Shown: positions 1 to 9,604 of the stretch, in pieces
Layout of the letters: the number at the start of each line of letters is the position of its first letter
How positions within the stretch are numbered: position 1 is the first letter of the stretch
DNA from: a bacterium
Lineage (GTDB): Bacteria > Patescibacteriota > Saccharimonadia > CAILAD01 > JADZBC01
NCBI GenBank assembly: GCA_020852295.1
Contig: JADZBC010000009.1
Span: forward strand, 286,435-350,434
Length of the DNA stretch: 64,000 nt
Direction: 5' to 3'
Position numbers and translations under genes: made by a program
The notes under the pieces: generated by a model
Databases searched by the model: none
What the model saw: the letters and a program-made list of their open reading frames with translations, nothing else
What the model was told of the DNA's origin: nothing

Positions 1-52
1 ACGCAATTCTACAATAATTTAGCTGCCTTTTCAATATTTTTGCATCCAGGAC

Positions 53-81
53 TTGAAGGAAAGACGAAAATTTGGTATCAT
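53..81 (+). promoter_or_regulatory. sigma70-like promoter TTGAAG-17nt-TATCAT upstream of rpmG
   Basis: Seen in sequence: TTGAAG at 53-58, a 17-nt spacer, TATCAT at 76-81, about 40 nt upstream of the ATG at 121. Confidence 0.4.
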
Positions 82-120
82 ATCAGCCAATTGCTAAAAA
101 AGTAACGAAGAAAGAATACT

Positions 121-294
121 ATGGCTAAGAAGCAAGCACGCGCACTCATTGTGCTGAAAAACCCCAAGACCGGTACGCTCTACTTCACCAACAAGAACTC
201 TCTGAACTCACCAGATAAGATTGTCTTGAAGAAGTACGACAAGAAGACTCGCAAGGTTGAGACCTTCACTGAGTCAAAGATGAAGCTCGGTTAG
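121..294 (+). CDS. rpmG: 50S ribosomal protein L33 (Cys-less, non-zinc form), 57 aa
   Basis: Translation MAKKQARALIVLKNPKTGTLYFTNKNSLNSPDKIVLKKYDKKTRKVETFTESKMKLG matches the L33 pattern Y.T.KN..N.P.K..LKKYD...RK..F.E.K; a terminator follows. Not in the ORF track because it is under 60 aa. Confidence 0.7.
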   Translation: MAKKQARALIVLKNPKTGTLYFTNKNSLNSPDKIVLKKYDKKTRKVETFTESKMKLG

Positions 295-303
295 TTTTTC
301 TGA

Positions 304-334
304 AAAGGGGTGCCTTTACCGGCGCCCCTTTTTG
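304..334 (+). terminator. rho-independent terminator after rpmG
   Basis: GGGGTGCC / GGCGCCCC stem (one G-U pair), 6-nt loop, then TTTTT. Confidence 0.6.
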
Positions 335-364
335 ATTCTCAGCTTGATCTGTTACAATAAGCCA

Positions 365-1036
365 ATGAAAAAGTATCTACCAACAATTATTTTTGTAGTA
401 GCAGTGCTGGGACTGCTTGTTTTTGCGATTTTCTCAGCGAGTAATTCAAAAAATGACAGTAGCAACGCCACCACATCGGTCAAGGCAAATGACCAGGATG
501 CAGCCCTACTCAACCAGGGACCCTCAAAAGGCGCCGAGAACGCCAAGGTTACCCTTGTAGAGTTTGGTGATTTTCAGTGTCCAGTTTGCCGCAATTTCGA
601 GATAAGCATCTTGCAAAAAGAGATTTTCCCGGCCTATGGCGATAAGATTAAGTTTGTCTGGAAGCAGTTCCCGCTCAACCCACAGCCACACAAGAACGCT
701 TTCACTTCAGCAGTAGCATCTGAGGCGGCCAATGATCAAGGTAAATTCTGGCAGATGCACGATATCTTGTTTGACAAGCAGACCGAGTGGTCTGAGCTTG
801 ATGATCCGGCTGCTAAGTTTGCAGAGTATGCTGGCCAGATTGGCCTAGACGTTGAAAAGTTCAAGTCTGACTACGCGAGCAAGAAGTACGACGATAAGAT
901 CAATCAAGATAAAAATCTTGGACAGAAACTTCAGGTGCAGGGTACACCGACATTCTTTGTGAATGGTGTTCAGGTTGCAACCGACGGTGGTCCAGATGCT
1001 ATAAAAAAAGCTCTGGATGAAGCGCTTAAGCAATAA
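365..1036 (+). CDS. DsbA-like thiol:disulfide oxidoreductase (secreted or membrane-anchored thioredoxin fold)
   Basis: N-terminal hydrophobic anchor and the CPVC active site in FGDFQCPVCRNFE. The ORF-track start at 332 lies inside the rpmG terminator, so the internal MKKYL start at 365 is preferred. Confidence 0.75.
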   Translation: MKKYLPTIIFVVAVLGLLVFAIFSASNSKNDSSNATTSVKANDQDAALLNQGPSKGAENAKVTLVEFGDFQCPVCRNFEISILQKEIFPAYGDKIKFVWKQFPLNPQPHKNAFTSAVASEAANDQGKFWQMHDILFDKQTEWSELDDPAAKFAEYAGQIGLDVEKFKSDYASKKYDDKINQDKNLGQKLQVQGTPTFFVNGVQVATDGGPDAIKKALDEALKQ

Positions 1037-1487
1037 CCTCACACTTGTTGTGCTCTTTGTAGTTGCCGTGATTGGGCTAGCAGACGCTAGCTATCTGACA
1101 TACGAGCACTATACGGGCAATAAGGTCGTCTGCAGTATTACTGGCGGCTGCGAGAAAGTCCTCACAAGTGAATATTCGACGGTGTTTGGTGTGCCGATTT
1201 CCTTAGGAGGGATAATCTTCTATCTCGCGGTATTAGGTTTCGCTTTTCATTTTCTTTTGCAGCCAATCCACAAGCGAGCTACGCAATTGTTGCTCGCTAT
1301 GTCGACTATTGGTTTGCTGACCTCGACGTATCTTACCGGACTGCAGGCTTTTGTTATCCGCGCCTGGTGCCAGTTCTGTCTCCTATCTGCCTTCACATCG
1401 CTCTGCATTTTTCTACTAAGCATTGCGCTGTATCGTAAGGGTCATAGGGCAGATAAGAAGGAGGAGAAAAAAGATGAAAAAAGCTGA
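1017..1487 (+). CDS. Vitamin K epoxide reductase (VKOR) family membrane protein, a DsbB analogue
   Basis: Multi-TM protein with the CxxC pair in CSITGGCEKV; overlaps the end of the DsbA-like gene, which is the usual DsbA-VKOR pairing. Confidence 0.7.
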   Translation: MKRLSNNLTLVVLFVVAVIGLADASYLTYEHYTGNKVVCSITGGCEKVLTSEYSTVFGVPISLGGIIFYLAVLGFAFHFLLQPIHKRATQLLLAMSTIGLLTSTYLTGLQAFVIRAWCQFCLLSAFTSLCIFLLSIALYRKGHRADKKEEKKDEKS

Positions 1488-1809
1488 TCATATTATTGAG
1501 TTTTATGGCGAGACATGTCCGCACTGTATCTCGATACGACCGATTATTGAGAGTCTCGAGAAGGAGCTCGGGCTAGAGATACGAAAACTCGAAGTCTGGA
1601 ATGACGCCGACAACCAGAAACTGATGGAGGAGTACTCCGAGATTATCAGTGAGGCATGCGGTGGTTTTGCAGCCGTACCAAGCTTTGTGAATACAAAGAC
1701 CAGGCAGGCACTCTGCGGAGTGCACGACAAGGCAGACATCCAAAAGCTGATTGAAGGCGGGGACTGCAAAGATAACGTCTGTATGCCGCACAGCAAAATG
1801 CAAAAATAG
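1474..1809 (+). CDS. Thioredoxin-like protein (CPHC active site)
   Basis: FYGETCPHCISI thioredoxin-fold motif; AAGGAGG Shine-Dalgarno before the ATG at 1474. Confidence 0.6.
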   Translation: MKKADHIIEFYGETCPHCISIRPIIESLEKELGLEIRKLEVWNDADNQKLMEEYSEIISEACGGFAAVPSFVNTKTRQALCGVHDKADIQKLIEGGDCKDNVCMPHSKMQK

Positions 1810-1810
1810 T

Positions 1811-2575
1811 CTAGGCCATAAGATTCATGCGTTTGAGCTCAGGCCCAATTTTTTCCAGTAGCTTTTGCGCTTGCTGATGCAGGCCCTCCAATTCGTTTGG
1901 ATCACTCAGAATGCCATCAAGAATATAGACCGCCCGGGAGTTGAGTAGTTCAATTGAGTATTCACGGCTGTAATCGACTAGTAGTGCCATGACATCCGGG
2001 CTCAAGATGGTAAGTGACTCGGTCGAGCTGCCTTTCGCCATGTACATGTTGAAGTGATCAGGAAAATCACCCTCAAGATCAACTCGCTCGCAATTGGCCA
2101 GCAGTTCGGGTTGTGCGGTAAAGAAATCGTGGCGCGAGTCCAGGTAAATGTGCGGCGTTGGGGCGGGTAGGTCGATACACAGCACTGTCCAGAAAAACGT
2201 TTGGTAATGATTTTCACTGATCTTTATGTCGTACGCGAGCGTCGCAATGACCTCTCCTTTACCGACAACGATATTATCAAGCCGCTGGTTTGTGCCGATT
2301 CGAAAAATGAGCCCCTCGAGGTTGATTGCTAATTCTTTGACGTCCTTGCCGATATACGTAAAATCGTGAAGTTTGGCAAAATCCGCGAAAACAGACTTAT
2401 TGTAGTGGGCGGCGCCATAGACAAGTAGGGTTGCATAACAGATGAAGATGAACGCTACGCCGAATAAGATATTGCCAGTCAGCACAAATGCTACCGAGAG
2501 GCAACCGGCCACAATCATCAGATACCAATAGTTTTGCCAGACGAATTTATTGAGCCGAGCGTTAAATAGATACAT
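1811..2575 (-). CDS. hypothetical membrane protein
   Basis: 254-aa ORF with two N-terminal TM helices; no recognisable motif. Confidence 0.4.
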   Translation of the reverse strand: MYLFNARLNKFVWQNYWYLMIVAGCLSVAFVLTGNILFGVAFIFICYATLLVYGAAHYNKSVFADFAKLHDFTYIGKDVKELAINLEGLIFRIGTNQRLDNIVVGKGEVIATLAYDIKISENHYQTFFWTVLCIDLPAPTPHIYLDSRHDFFTAQPELLANCERVDLEGDFPDHFNMYMAKGSSTESLTILSPDVMALLVDYSREYSIELLNSRAVYILDGILSDPNELEGLHQQAQKLLEKIGPELKRMNLMA

Positions 2576-2665
2576 AGACGCCTTTCTGTCTTTATCTTAG
2601 CACTTGAGTGTACCCTCCTAAAACGATACACTATAAACATAACAACTTAAGGAGGGTGAGCGCCT

Positions 2666-3694
2666 ATGACACGGGTTGCCATCAATGGTTTTGGGCGGAT
2701 TGGGCGAAATGCCTTCAAACTCGCTTTTGCAAATCCAGAGCTGCAGGTCGTCGCAATCAATGATTTGACCGACACAAAGACTTTGGCACATCTACTCAAG
2801 CACGACAGTAATTATGGTGAATATCATCACGATGTATCGGCTGACGAAAAAAATATCATCGTAGATGGTCACAAGATAGCAGTGACGGCCGTCAAAGACC
2901 CGGCGCAGTTGCCCTGGAAAGCAATGGATATTGACGTTGTGATCGAATCGACTGGCCGTTTTACACACATTGAGGATGCGGGCCTACACCTTAAGGGTGG
3001 TGCCAAGCGTGTTGTCGTGTCGGCCGCGGTGAAGGGTGATGACAATAAGGTTGGCAACTATCTCATTGGCGTCAACGACGAGAAGGTTGGTACGAAAGAC
3101 GAGAAGGTGTTTTCTAATCAGTCATGCACCACCAACTGTATCACTCCGATTGCTTCAGTGATCGAGAAAGAGTTTGGTATCGAGAAGTCACTCATGACTA
3201 CCGTGCATGCTTATACGGCTAGCCAAGCTTTACAGGATGCGCCCAACAAAGACCTGCGGGAAGGTCGAAATGCTGCAGAAAACACAGTGCCAACGACGAC
3301 CAATGCCACAGTGGCAGCGACCAAAATTTTGCCCAGCCTGCGTGGTAACTTCTTGGGGCTATCTATTCGGGTACCGGTACCAGTTGTGTCGATCGCTGAC
3401 TTTACAATGGTGCTCAAGAAGAAGACGACCGTTGAAGAGCTCAACAAGGTACTCAAGGCGGCCAGTGAGACTGAGCGACTGCGCCCGATTATCGGCTACA
3501 CCGACGAAGAGCTGGTGAGTTCAGACTACATTGGTAACTCGCACTCGGCGATCGTGGACAGTAAGCTCACTCAGGTAGTGGGCGGAAATCTCGTTAAGAT
3601 TGTGGCTTGGTACGACAACGAATGGGGCTACTCAAATCGTTTAGTAGAGCTCACGACATTGGTCGGTCGTAGCATTCGACGCGAAGCAAGATAA
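2666..3694 (+). CDS. gap: glyceraldehyde-3-phosphate dehydrogenase, type I
   Basis: N-terminus MTRVAINGFGRIGRN and the active-site SCTTNC region; GGAGG Shine-Dalgarno. Confidence 0.95.
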   Translation: MTRVAINGFGRIGRNAFKLAFANPELQVVAINDLTDTKTLAHLLKHDSNYGEYHHDVSADEKNIIVDGHKIAVTAVKDPAQLPWKAMDIDVVIESTGRFTHIEDAGLHLKGGAKRVVVSAAVKGDDNKVGNYLIGVNDEKVGTKDEKVFSNQSCTTNCITPIASVIEKEFGIEKSLMTTVHAYTASQALQDAPNKDLREGRNAAENTVPTTTNATVAATKILPSLRGNFLGLSIRVPVPVVSIADFTMVLKKKTTVEELNKVLKAASETERLRPIIGYTDEELVSSDYIGNSHSAIVDSKLTQVVGGNLVKIVAWYDNEWGYSNRLVELTTLVGRSIRREAR

Positions 3695-3712
3695 AAAGAG
3701 AAAGGGGACTCA

Positions 3713-4171
3713 GTGAAACTATTTATCGCGAGCGATCATGCCGGATATGCTGACAAGCAGTTGCTCGTGAGTGAGCTGGGGGATGAGTTCGACGTTGAGG
3801 ACTTGGGTCCGACTACTTATGACCCAGCCGATGATTATCCAGTCTACGCCCAGAAAGTGGCGACTGCGACCGTGGCAAATCCAGGCAGCTTTGGAATTTT
3901 GCTCTGTCGCAGTGGTGAGGGTATGGAGATCGCTGCCAATAAGGTGGATGGTGCTCGGGCTGCACTGGTCTGGAATGAGGCGCTGGCGCGCGAGACGCGA
4001 TCTGACAATGATAGTAATATTTTAGTGTTGCCAGCTGGTGAAGTTGATTTTGAAATGATGCAGCGGATCGCATTGGCATTTATTCAAGCCAAGTTTTCCG
4101 GTGAGCAGCGCCATAAGCGTCGTCTCGATGAGATCGCCCAACTGGAAGAAGGGGAGAAGCTCGATGGCTAA
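3713..4171 (+). CDS. rpiB: ribose-5-phosphate isomerase B
   Basis: MKLFIASDHAGY...GILLCRSGEGMEIAANK, which is the RpiB/LacAB family pattern. Confidence 0.9.
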   Translation: MKLFIASDHAGYADKQLLVSELGDEFDVEDLGPTTYDPADDYPVYAQKVATATVANPGSFGILLCRSGEGMEIAANKVDGARAALVWNEALARETRSDNDSNILVLPAGEVDFEMMQRIALAFIQAKFSGEQRHKRRLDEIAQLEEGEKLDG

Positions 4172-4796
4172 ACTCTGCCCAGCCCTACTCGTGCCTGATC
4201 TTACGGCCTACCGTGAGGCATTGGCAGTAGTGCGTCAGCTGACCAATCGTTTTCAGCTCGACGTAATAGACGGTGAGTTTGTTGATAACCGCACGGTTCA
4301 GCCAGATGATATTCAGCCACTCCCTGGAGAAATCAAACTGGACATACATCTGATGGTGAATGATCCGGTGGCATATGCTGAGAAGGTGATTCGTCTCAAG
4401 CCAAGCTTGACGATTTTCCAGTTTGAGACGCCAGGCGATCTATCTTCGGCGATCGCCCGGGTTCGTAAATCAAATCTCAAGGTGGGCATTGCTCTTAATC
4501 CCAAGACCGAGATTAGTGTGCTGGATGAATATGCTGAGCAGATCGCACACGTGCTGATCATGGCGTATCCGGCCGGCTTTGCCGGGCAGGAGTTTGATAA
4601 GAAAGTGCTGCATCGTATCGATGCGGTGCGTGACAAATTTCCGAATGTAGAAATCGGTATCGATGGAGGGATTACTGCCGATACCGTTGAGCTTGTCATG
4701 CAGCACGATATAGATGTCGTCAACGTAAACTCGTACTTGTTTGGCTCGAGTGATCCACTGAGTCGGTATAGTGAACTGATGGGAAAGATGCTATGA
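4164..4796 (+). CDS. rpe: ribulose-phosphate 3-epimerase
   Basis: TIM-barrel Rpe motifs (DVIDGEFVDN, HLMV, GIDGGI); the internal ATG at 4164 overlaps the rpiB stop by 8 nt, so the ORF-track N-extension is rejected. Confidence 0.85.
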   Translation: MAKLCPALLVPDLTAYREALAVVRQLTNRFQLDVIDGEFVDNRTVQPDDIQPLPGEIKLDIHLMVNDPVAYAEKVIRLKPSLTIFQFETPGDLSSAIARVRKSNLKVGIALNPKTEISVLDEYAEQIAHVLIMAYPAGFAGQEFDKKVLHRIDAVRDKFPNVEIGIDGGITADTVELVMQHDIDVVNVNSYLFGSSDPLSRYSELMGKML

Positions 4797-5656
4797 CAAC
4801 CGAAAAACTTGAATTGCTTGCAAATTCAATTCGGCAAGACATTATAGAGATGTTAATTGAGGCTGGTAGTGGCCACACGGCTGGGCCGCTCGGACTGGCC
4901 GATATATTTGCTGCACTGTATGGCAAGGTTTTGATTCATGACCCCAAGAAGCCGGACTGGCCTGATCGCGATCGTTTAATTCTGTCAAACGGTCACGTGG
5001 TCCCGGTGCGTTATGCGGCGATGGCAGAGGTCGGCTACTTTCCAAAAGCGGAGCTAAAGTCGCTGCGTCGATTTGGCAGTCGCTTGCAGGGACACCCGGA
5101 GCGCTTACGTCTGCCGGGTCTCGAGTCAACCAGCGGACCGCTCGGCAGTGGTCTAAGCCAAGCCGGGGGCATGGCTTATGCCTTTCGGATGGATGGTCGT
5201 AAACATGTTCGCGTTTACTGTGTGACCGGTGATGGTGAGCTGCAGGAAGGTAACGTCTGGGAAGCGGCGATGTTTATTGGCAAAAATCGTTTATCAAACC
5301 TTACTATGATCATCGATCGCAACAATATTCAGATTGATGGTCCGACCGAATCGGTTATGCCACTCGAGCCACTCGGCATGAAGTTTCAGGCCTTTGGTTG
5401 GCACGTGATTGAGGTTGATGGCCACAATATTGAGCAGATTGAGGCCGCCTGTGAGCAGGCCAAGGCAATCTTTGAAAAGCCGACTTGTATCATTGCCCAC
5501 ACAATTGCTGGTAAGGGCGTAGATTTTATTGAGTATGACTTTCGCTGGCACGGCTACGACCCAACTGGTGATACGAGTGATAAACTGCGTGATTATCGAC
5601 ATGCGCTGTCAGAACTGCGGACGTTGCACGGCAAAATCAAATCGGAGCACGAATGA
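4793..5656 (+). CDS. transketolase, N-terminal (TPP-binding) subunit
   Basis: GSGHTAGPLG...GDGELQEGNVWEA motifs; split two-gene transketolase arrangement. Confidence 0.9.
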   Translation: MTTEKLELLANSIRQDIIEMLIEAGSGHTAGPLGLADIFAALYGKVLIHDPKKPDWPDRDRLILSNGHVVPVRYAAMAEVGYFPKAELKSLRRFGSRLQGHPERLRLPGLESTSGPLGSGLSQAGGMAYAFRMDGRKHVRVYCVTGDGELQEGNVWEAAMFIGKNRLSNLTMIIDRNNIQIDGPTESVMPLEPLGMKFQAFGWHVIEVDGHNIEQIEAACEQAKAIFEKPTCIIAHTIAGKGVDFIEYDFRWHGYDPTGDTSDKLRDYRHALSELRTLHGKIKSEHE

Positions 5657-6645
5657 TGATCAATAAGCTATTACACCTCAATCCAAAACTTTTTAAGCCA
5701 ACCCTCGAGCACGTGCCGAACCGCAAGGGTTTTGGTGATGGGCTGTACAACGTTGGTACTGCCAACAAGCAGGTTGTTGCGGTGTGTGCTGATCTCGAAG
5801 AGTCTACCCAGATGAATACGTTTGCGAAGGCCTTTCCGGAGCGGTTCATCGAAGTCGGTGTGGCTGAGCAAAACCTAGTAACAGTGGCGTCTGGCCTGGC
5901 CGCTGCCGGCAAAGTACCATTTGTAACTAGCTATGCGGCATTCTCACCGGGGCGCAACTGGGAGCAGATCCGAACGACAATTTGTCTCAATGATCAGCCG
6001 GTCAAGATTGTCGGCTCGCACGCTGGAGTCTCTGTCGGTCCCGATGGCGCAACCCATCAGATGTTAGAAGACATTGCCTTGATGCGCACACTGCCAAATA
6101 TGATCGTGGTGGTGCCGTGCGACTATCATGAGGCTCGTCGCGCCACCGAGGCGCTTGCGAAAATCAAGCAGCCTGCCTATTTGCGACTGGCACGCGAAAA
6201 GACAGCAGCCATCACCACCGAGCGCACACCCTTTGCTATCGGAAAGGCGCAGGTGCTGTGGGAGGGTAGTGATATTACTGTAGTGGCCTGTGGCCCACTC
6301 GTTTACGAAGCGCTTGTCGCTGCCAAGCAGCTCGCAGCACATGGCGTGAGTGTTGAGGTAATCAACTCGCCAACTGTGAAGCCTCTCGATCACGTGACGA
6401 TACTGCGAAGTGCGAAGAAAACCAAAGCAGTCATCACCGTGGAGGAGGCCCAGGTTAATGGTGGACTTGGCGGGGCAGTGGCAGAATTGCTGGGCGAACA
6501 GTATCCGGTGCCAATGTATCGCATCGGGGTGCGTGATCGGTTTGGTCAGTCGGGTACTCTGGCAGAGCTGTGGGATGAGTATGAGCTCAATGCTCAGCAT
6601 ATCGAAAAGCACATATATAGCCTGTTGGCGAGGAAGCCTCAATGA
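5653..6645 (+). CDS. transketolase, C-terminal (pyrimidine-binding) subunit
   Basis: 4-nt ATGA overlap with the N-terminal subunit gene; FIEVGVAEQN motif. Confidence 0.9.
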   Translation: MMINKLLHLNPKLFKPTLEHVPNRKGFGDGLYNVGTANKQVVAVCADLEESTQMNTFAKAFPERFIEVGVAEQNLVTVASGLAAAGKVPFVTSYAAFSPGRNWEQIRTTICLNDQPVKIVGSHAGVSVGPDGATHQMLEDIALMRTLPNMIVVVPCDYHEARRATEALAKIKQPAYLRLAREKTAAITTERTPFAIGKAQVLWEGSDITVVACGPLVYEALVAAKQLAAHGVSVEVINSPTVKPLDHVTILRSAKKTKAVITVEEAQVNGGLGGAVAELLGEQYPVPMYRIGVRDRFGQSGTLAELWDEYELNAQHIEKHIYSLLARKPQ

Positions 6646-7601
6646 GCTTTGATGTGGTCACAATTGGCAATGTTACCCAAGATATTTTTTTGATTAGCAA
6701 GGCCTTTGCTGCCAGCGATATCGATGGCGAGAAATATACGATTTGGCCGTATGGAGCGAAGGTCGATGTGCCCGATGTGGTGTATGAAACTGGTGGGTTT
6801 GCCAGCAACGCAGCGGTGACATTCGCCCGGCAGGGGCTGAAAGTCGCCTGCATGGGCAAGGTTGGGATCGATTCGGCTGGTCGGGAGATCATTCGTGTCC
6901 TGGAGGCGGAAAAGGTGAGCAGTGCGCTGGTGACCAAGCATGCCAAGCATCACAGCGCCTTCACTACGATTTTGAAGCCGTACAATGGTGATCGCACTCA
7001 GCTCATTCATCGTGGGGCAACCTACGAGTACACCGATACTGACCTCAAGCTTGATAAGCTAAAAACCAAGTGGCTCTATGTAGGATCGCTGGTTGGTAAC
7101 TTCAAACTGTATAAATCAATAATCTCTTGGGCGAAACATAATGGCGCTAAAGTTGCCTTCAATCCTGGTCCGCCGGAGCTCAAAAAAGGTCGTCGGTTGA
7201 TGAACTTGCTCGGCAGCATTGATCTACTGGTCATCAATCGGGCTGAGCTCGAAGAGTTGACCCACTACCAACATCCCGAAGACAGTTTGCGCAAGGTGCG
7301 TCAAGCAGGTGGACGCAATGTCGTCATGACGGCCGGGCCGAATGGTGCATGGGTGCTCGATGAGGGCTTCATCTATAGCTCATCGATCTACAAAAAAGTC
7401 CGCGTGGTTGATCGTACTGGGGCCGGCGATGCGTACTCGGCAGGCTATCTGGCTGCACGCTTGCGCGGTGCATCGGTTGAGCAGGCCATGAGTTTTGCGG
7501 CAGCCAATGCTACCTCAGTGGTCGGCTATATCGGCGCAAAATGCGGTATCTTGCGCAATTCAGACGTGCATCCAATGAAAATAAAGCAAAGTTATATATA
7601 G
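6642..7601 (+). CDS. PfkB-family carbohydrate/nucleoside kinase
   Basis: Ribokinase-like fold; PfkB signature DRTGAGDAY near the C-terminus. Confidence 0.75.
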   Translation: MSFDVVTIGNVTQDIFLISKAFAASDIDGEKYTIWPYGAKVDVPDVVYETGGFASNAAVTFARQGLKVACMGKVGIDSAGREIIRVLEAEKVSSALVTKHAKHHSAFTTILKPYNGDRTQLIHRGATYEYTDTDLKLDKLKTKWLYVGSLVGNFKLYKSIISWAKHNGAKVAFNPGPPELKKGRRLMNLLGSIDLLVINRAELEELTHYQHPEDSLRKVRQAGGRNVVMTAGPNGAWVLDEGFIYSSSIYKKVRVVDRTGAGDAYSAGYLAARLRGASVEQAMSFAAANATSVVGYIGAKCGILRNSDVHPMKIKQSYI

Positions 7602-7610
7602 GAGATTATT

Positions 7611-8621
7611 ATGAGCGAGACTATGGATATTTTGGCAATTGGCGATGTGGTGACTGATGCGTTTATCGAGCTGCTGCCGCATGAAGCAGAGATCGATGAG
7701 TCGCCCAAGGATCACCATCCGCTCCTCTGTATGACATATGGCACCAAGATACCATTTAAGCAGGCGATCATTATCAACGCAGTGGGCAATAGCGCCAATG
7801 CCGCCGTCAGCTTCGCCAAGCTTGGTCTGAAGACTGGCTTTATTGCCAACGTTGGTGACGATCAGGTAGGGCAGGACATTATCCGTCAGCTACATCACCA
7901 AAAAGTATCGACAGAGTTTGTCCACGTCAATAAAGGCAAGGTTTCGAATTATCACTATGTGCTGTGGTATGGCGATGATCGCACAATCCTTATCAAGCAT
8001 GAAGACTACGAATACCATCTACCAAAACTGCACGGTCACCTCAGGCCAAACTGGCTGTATCTGAGCTCGGCATCAGAGTCAGCTACGCCGATGTACGATG
8101 AGCTAGCTGAGTTTCTCGAACAGAATCCTGAGGTCAAGCTAGCCTTTCAGCCAGGCACATTTCAAATGCGACTTGGCGTCGAACGACTCAAAAAACTTTA
8201 TGCCCACACTGAGCTCTTCGCGGTCAATAAAGAAGAAGCTCAGCTTGTGACGGGCAAGAAGACAGATGACATCAAGGAGCTAGCCAAGACACTTCATAGC
8301 TACGGGCCGAAGATTGTCGTAATCACTGATGGGCCAAAGGCGAGTTATGCGAGCGACGGCCAAAAGGTCTGGCATATGCCGAACTATCCTGATCCGAAGC
8401 CACCATTTGAGCGTACCGGCGCCGGGGATAGCTATACTTCGACGTTTGTTGCCTGTATCGCGAAAGGCATGTCAATCGAAGAGGCGCTTCTGTGGGCTCC
8501 GATCAATTCGATGAGTGTTGTGCAAAAGCTTGGCGCCCAGGCGGGCCTACTGGATGAAGCGGGTATCAAAGACTGGCTCAAAAAAGCTCCACAGAACTAT
8601 AAACCATCGGTAATGAACTAA
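7611..8621 (+). CDS. PfkB-family carbohydrate/nucleoside kinase (second paralogue)
   Basis: ERTGAGDSY signature; tandem with the preceding kinase gene. Confidence 0.75.
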   Translation: MSETMDILAIGDVVTDAFIELLPHEAEIDESPKDHHPLLCMTYGTKIPFKQAIIINAVGNSANAAVSFAKLGLKTGFIANVGDDQVGQDIIRQLHHQKVSTEFVHVNKGKVSNYHYVLWYGDDRTILIKHEDYEYHLPKLHGHLRPNWLYLSSASESATPMYDELAEFLEQNPEVKLAFQPGTFQMRLGVERLKKLYAHTELFAVNKEEAQLVTGKKTDDIKELAKTLHSYGPKIVVITDGPKASYASDGQKVWHMPNYPDPKPPFERTGAGDSYTSTFVACIAKGMSIEEALLWAPINSMSVVQKLGAQAGLLDEAGIKDWLKKAPQNYKPSVMN

Positions 8622-9550
8622 TGCAAGAACGTTTCGACCTCATCATCATTGGCGCAGGACCGGCCGGTATGACAGCTGGCGTCTATGCGGCACGCAAAAA
8701 GCTCAAGACGCTCATCTTGACCAAAGATATTGGCGGTCAGGCGGCGTGGAGTAGCGATGTAGAAAACTACCTCGGCTTTACCATGGTGACAGGCGCTGAC
8801 TTGGTAGCGAAGTTTGAGCGACATCTCGAGGAGTTCAAGGACGACGTAACGCTGCATCTGCTCAATGGTGGTGTCGTCCGTGTGGCATGCAACGACGATG
8901 AGATCGAAGTGACAGCGAGCGACAATCAGAAGTTTCGTGCGCGTGCACTCATTATTACGAGCGGCAAGAAGCCACGCGAGCTTGGGGTGCCAGGCGAGAA
9001 AGAGCTGCTCAATCGGGGGGTTACGTACTGCGCTTGGTGTGATGGGCCGCTTTTTAAGGGTAAAGATGTTGTGATCGTCGGCGGTGGTAATTCTGCCCTC
9101 GATGCTGCGCTCAATGTTCAGAAGCTGGTCCACGAAATCTATATCGTCAATGTCGCCAAAGAGCTCACGGCTGATCCAGTCATGGTAGAGAAGGTCAAAG
9201 CGGCTGACAATATTCGCATCATCAATCAGGCGGAATTGAAACAGATCGAAGGGGATAAGGCGGTGATCGGTGTGAAAATCCTCGACCATGATTCAGGACT
9301 TGAAAAAGATATTCCCTGCCAAGGTGTGTTTATCGAGGTGGGCTATATACCAGCAACTGATTACCTAAAGGGTACGATTGATCTTAACGACCAGGGCGAG
9401 ATTGTGATCGATACACACAATGCCACGAGTCTAGCGGGCGTATTTGCGGCTGGTGATGTAACGACGGTTGCGGAGAAGCAAATCATTATCGCTGTTGGCG
9501 AGGGCGCCAAGGCTGCGATCGCTGCAGCACAATATCTTGCGAAGTCATGA
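8621..9550 (+). CDS. trxB: thioredoxin-disulfide reductase-like flavoprotein
   Basis: IIGAGPAGMTAG FAD motif, CAWC redox pair, VVIVGGGNSALD NAD(P) motif. Confidence 0.8.
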   Translation: MQERFDLIIIGAGPAGMTAGVYAARKKLKTLILTKDIGGQAAWSSDVENYLGFTMVTGADLVAKFERHLEEFKDDVTLHLLNGGVVRVACNDDEIEVTASDNQKFRARALIITSGKKPRELGVPGEKELLNRGVTYCAWCDGPLFKGKDVVIVGGGNSALDAALNVQKLVHEIYIVNVAKELTADPVMVEKVKAADNIRIINQAELKQIEGDKAVIGVKILDHDSGLEKDIPCQGVFIEVGYIPATDYLKGTIDLNDQGEIVIDTHNATSLAGVFAAGDVTTVAEKQIIIAVGEGAKAAIAAAQYLAKS

Positions 9551-9604
9551 TTGTTGGCTATTGCATAGAGTGCTATACTTAGTATAGTAAGTGGAGAACG
9601 AGAA

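Noticed and set aside
6064-6642. 192-aa minus-strand ORF inside the transketolase C-terminal subunit gene
   Set aside because: It is antisense to a conserved gene, and its sequence is Cys/His-rich and of low plausibility.
8618-9289. 223-aa minus-strand ORF fully overlapping trxB
   Set aside because: It is antisense to a well-supported conserved gene, with no motif and no ribosome-binding site. It is a typical shadow ORF.
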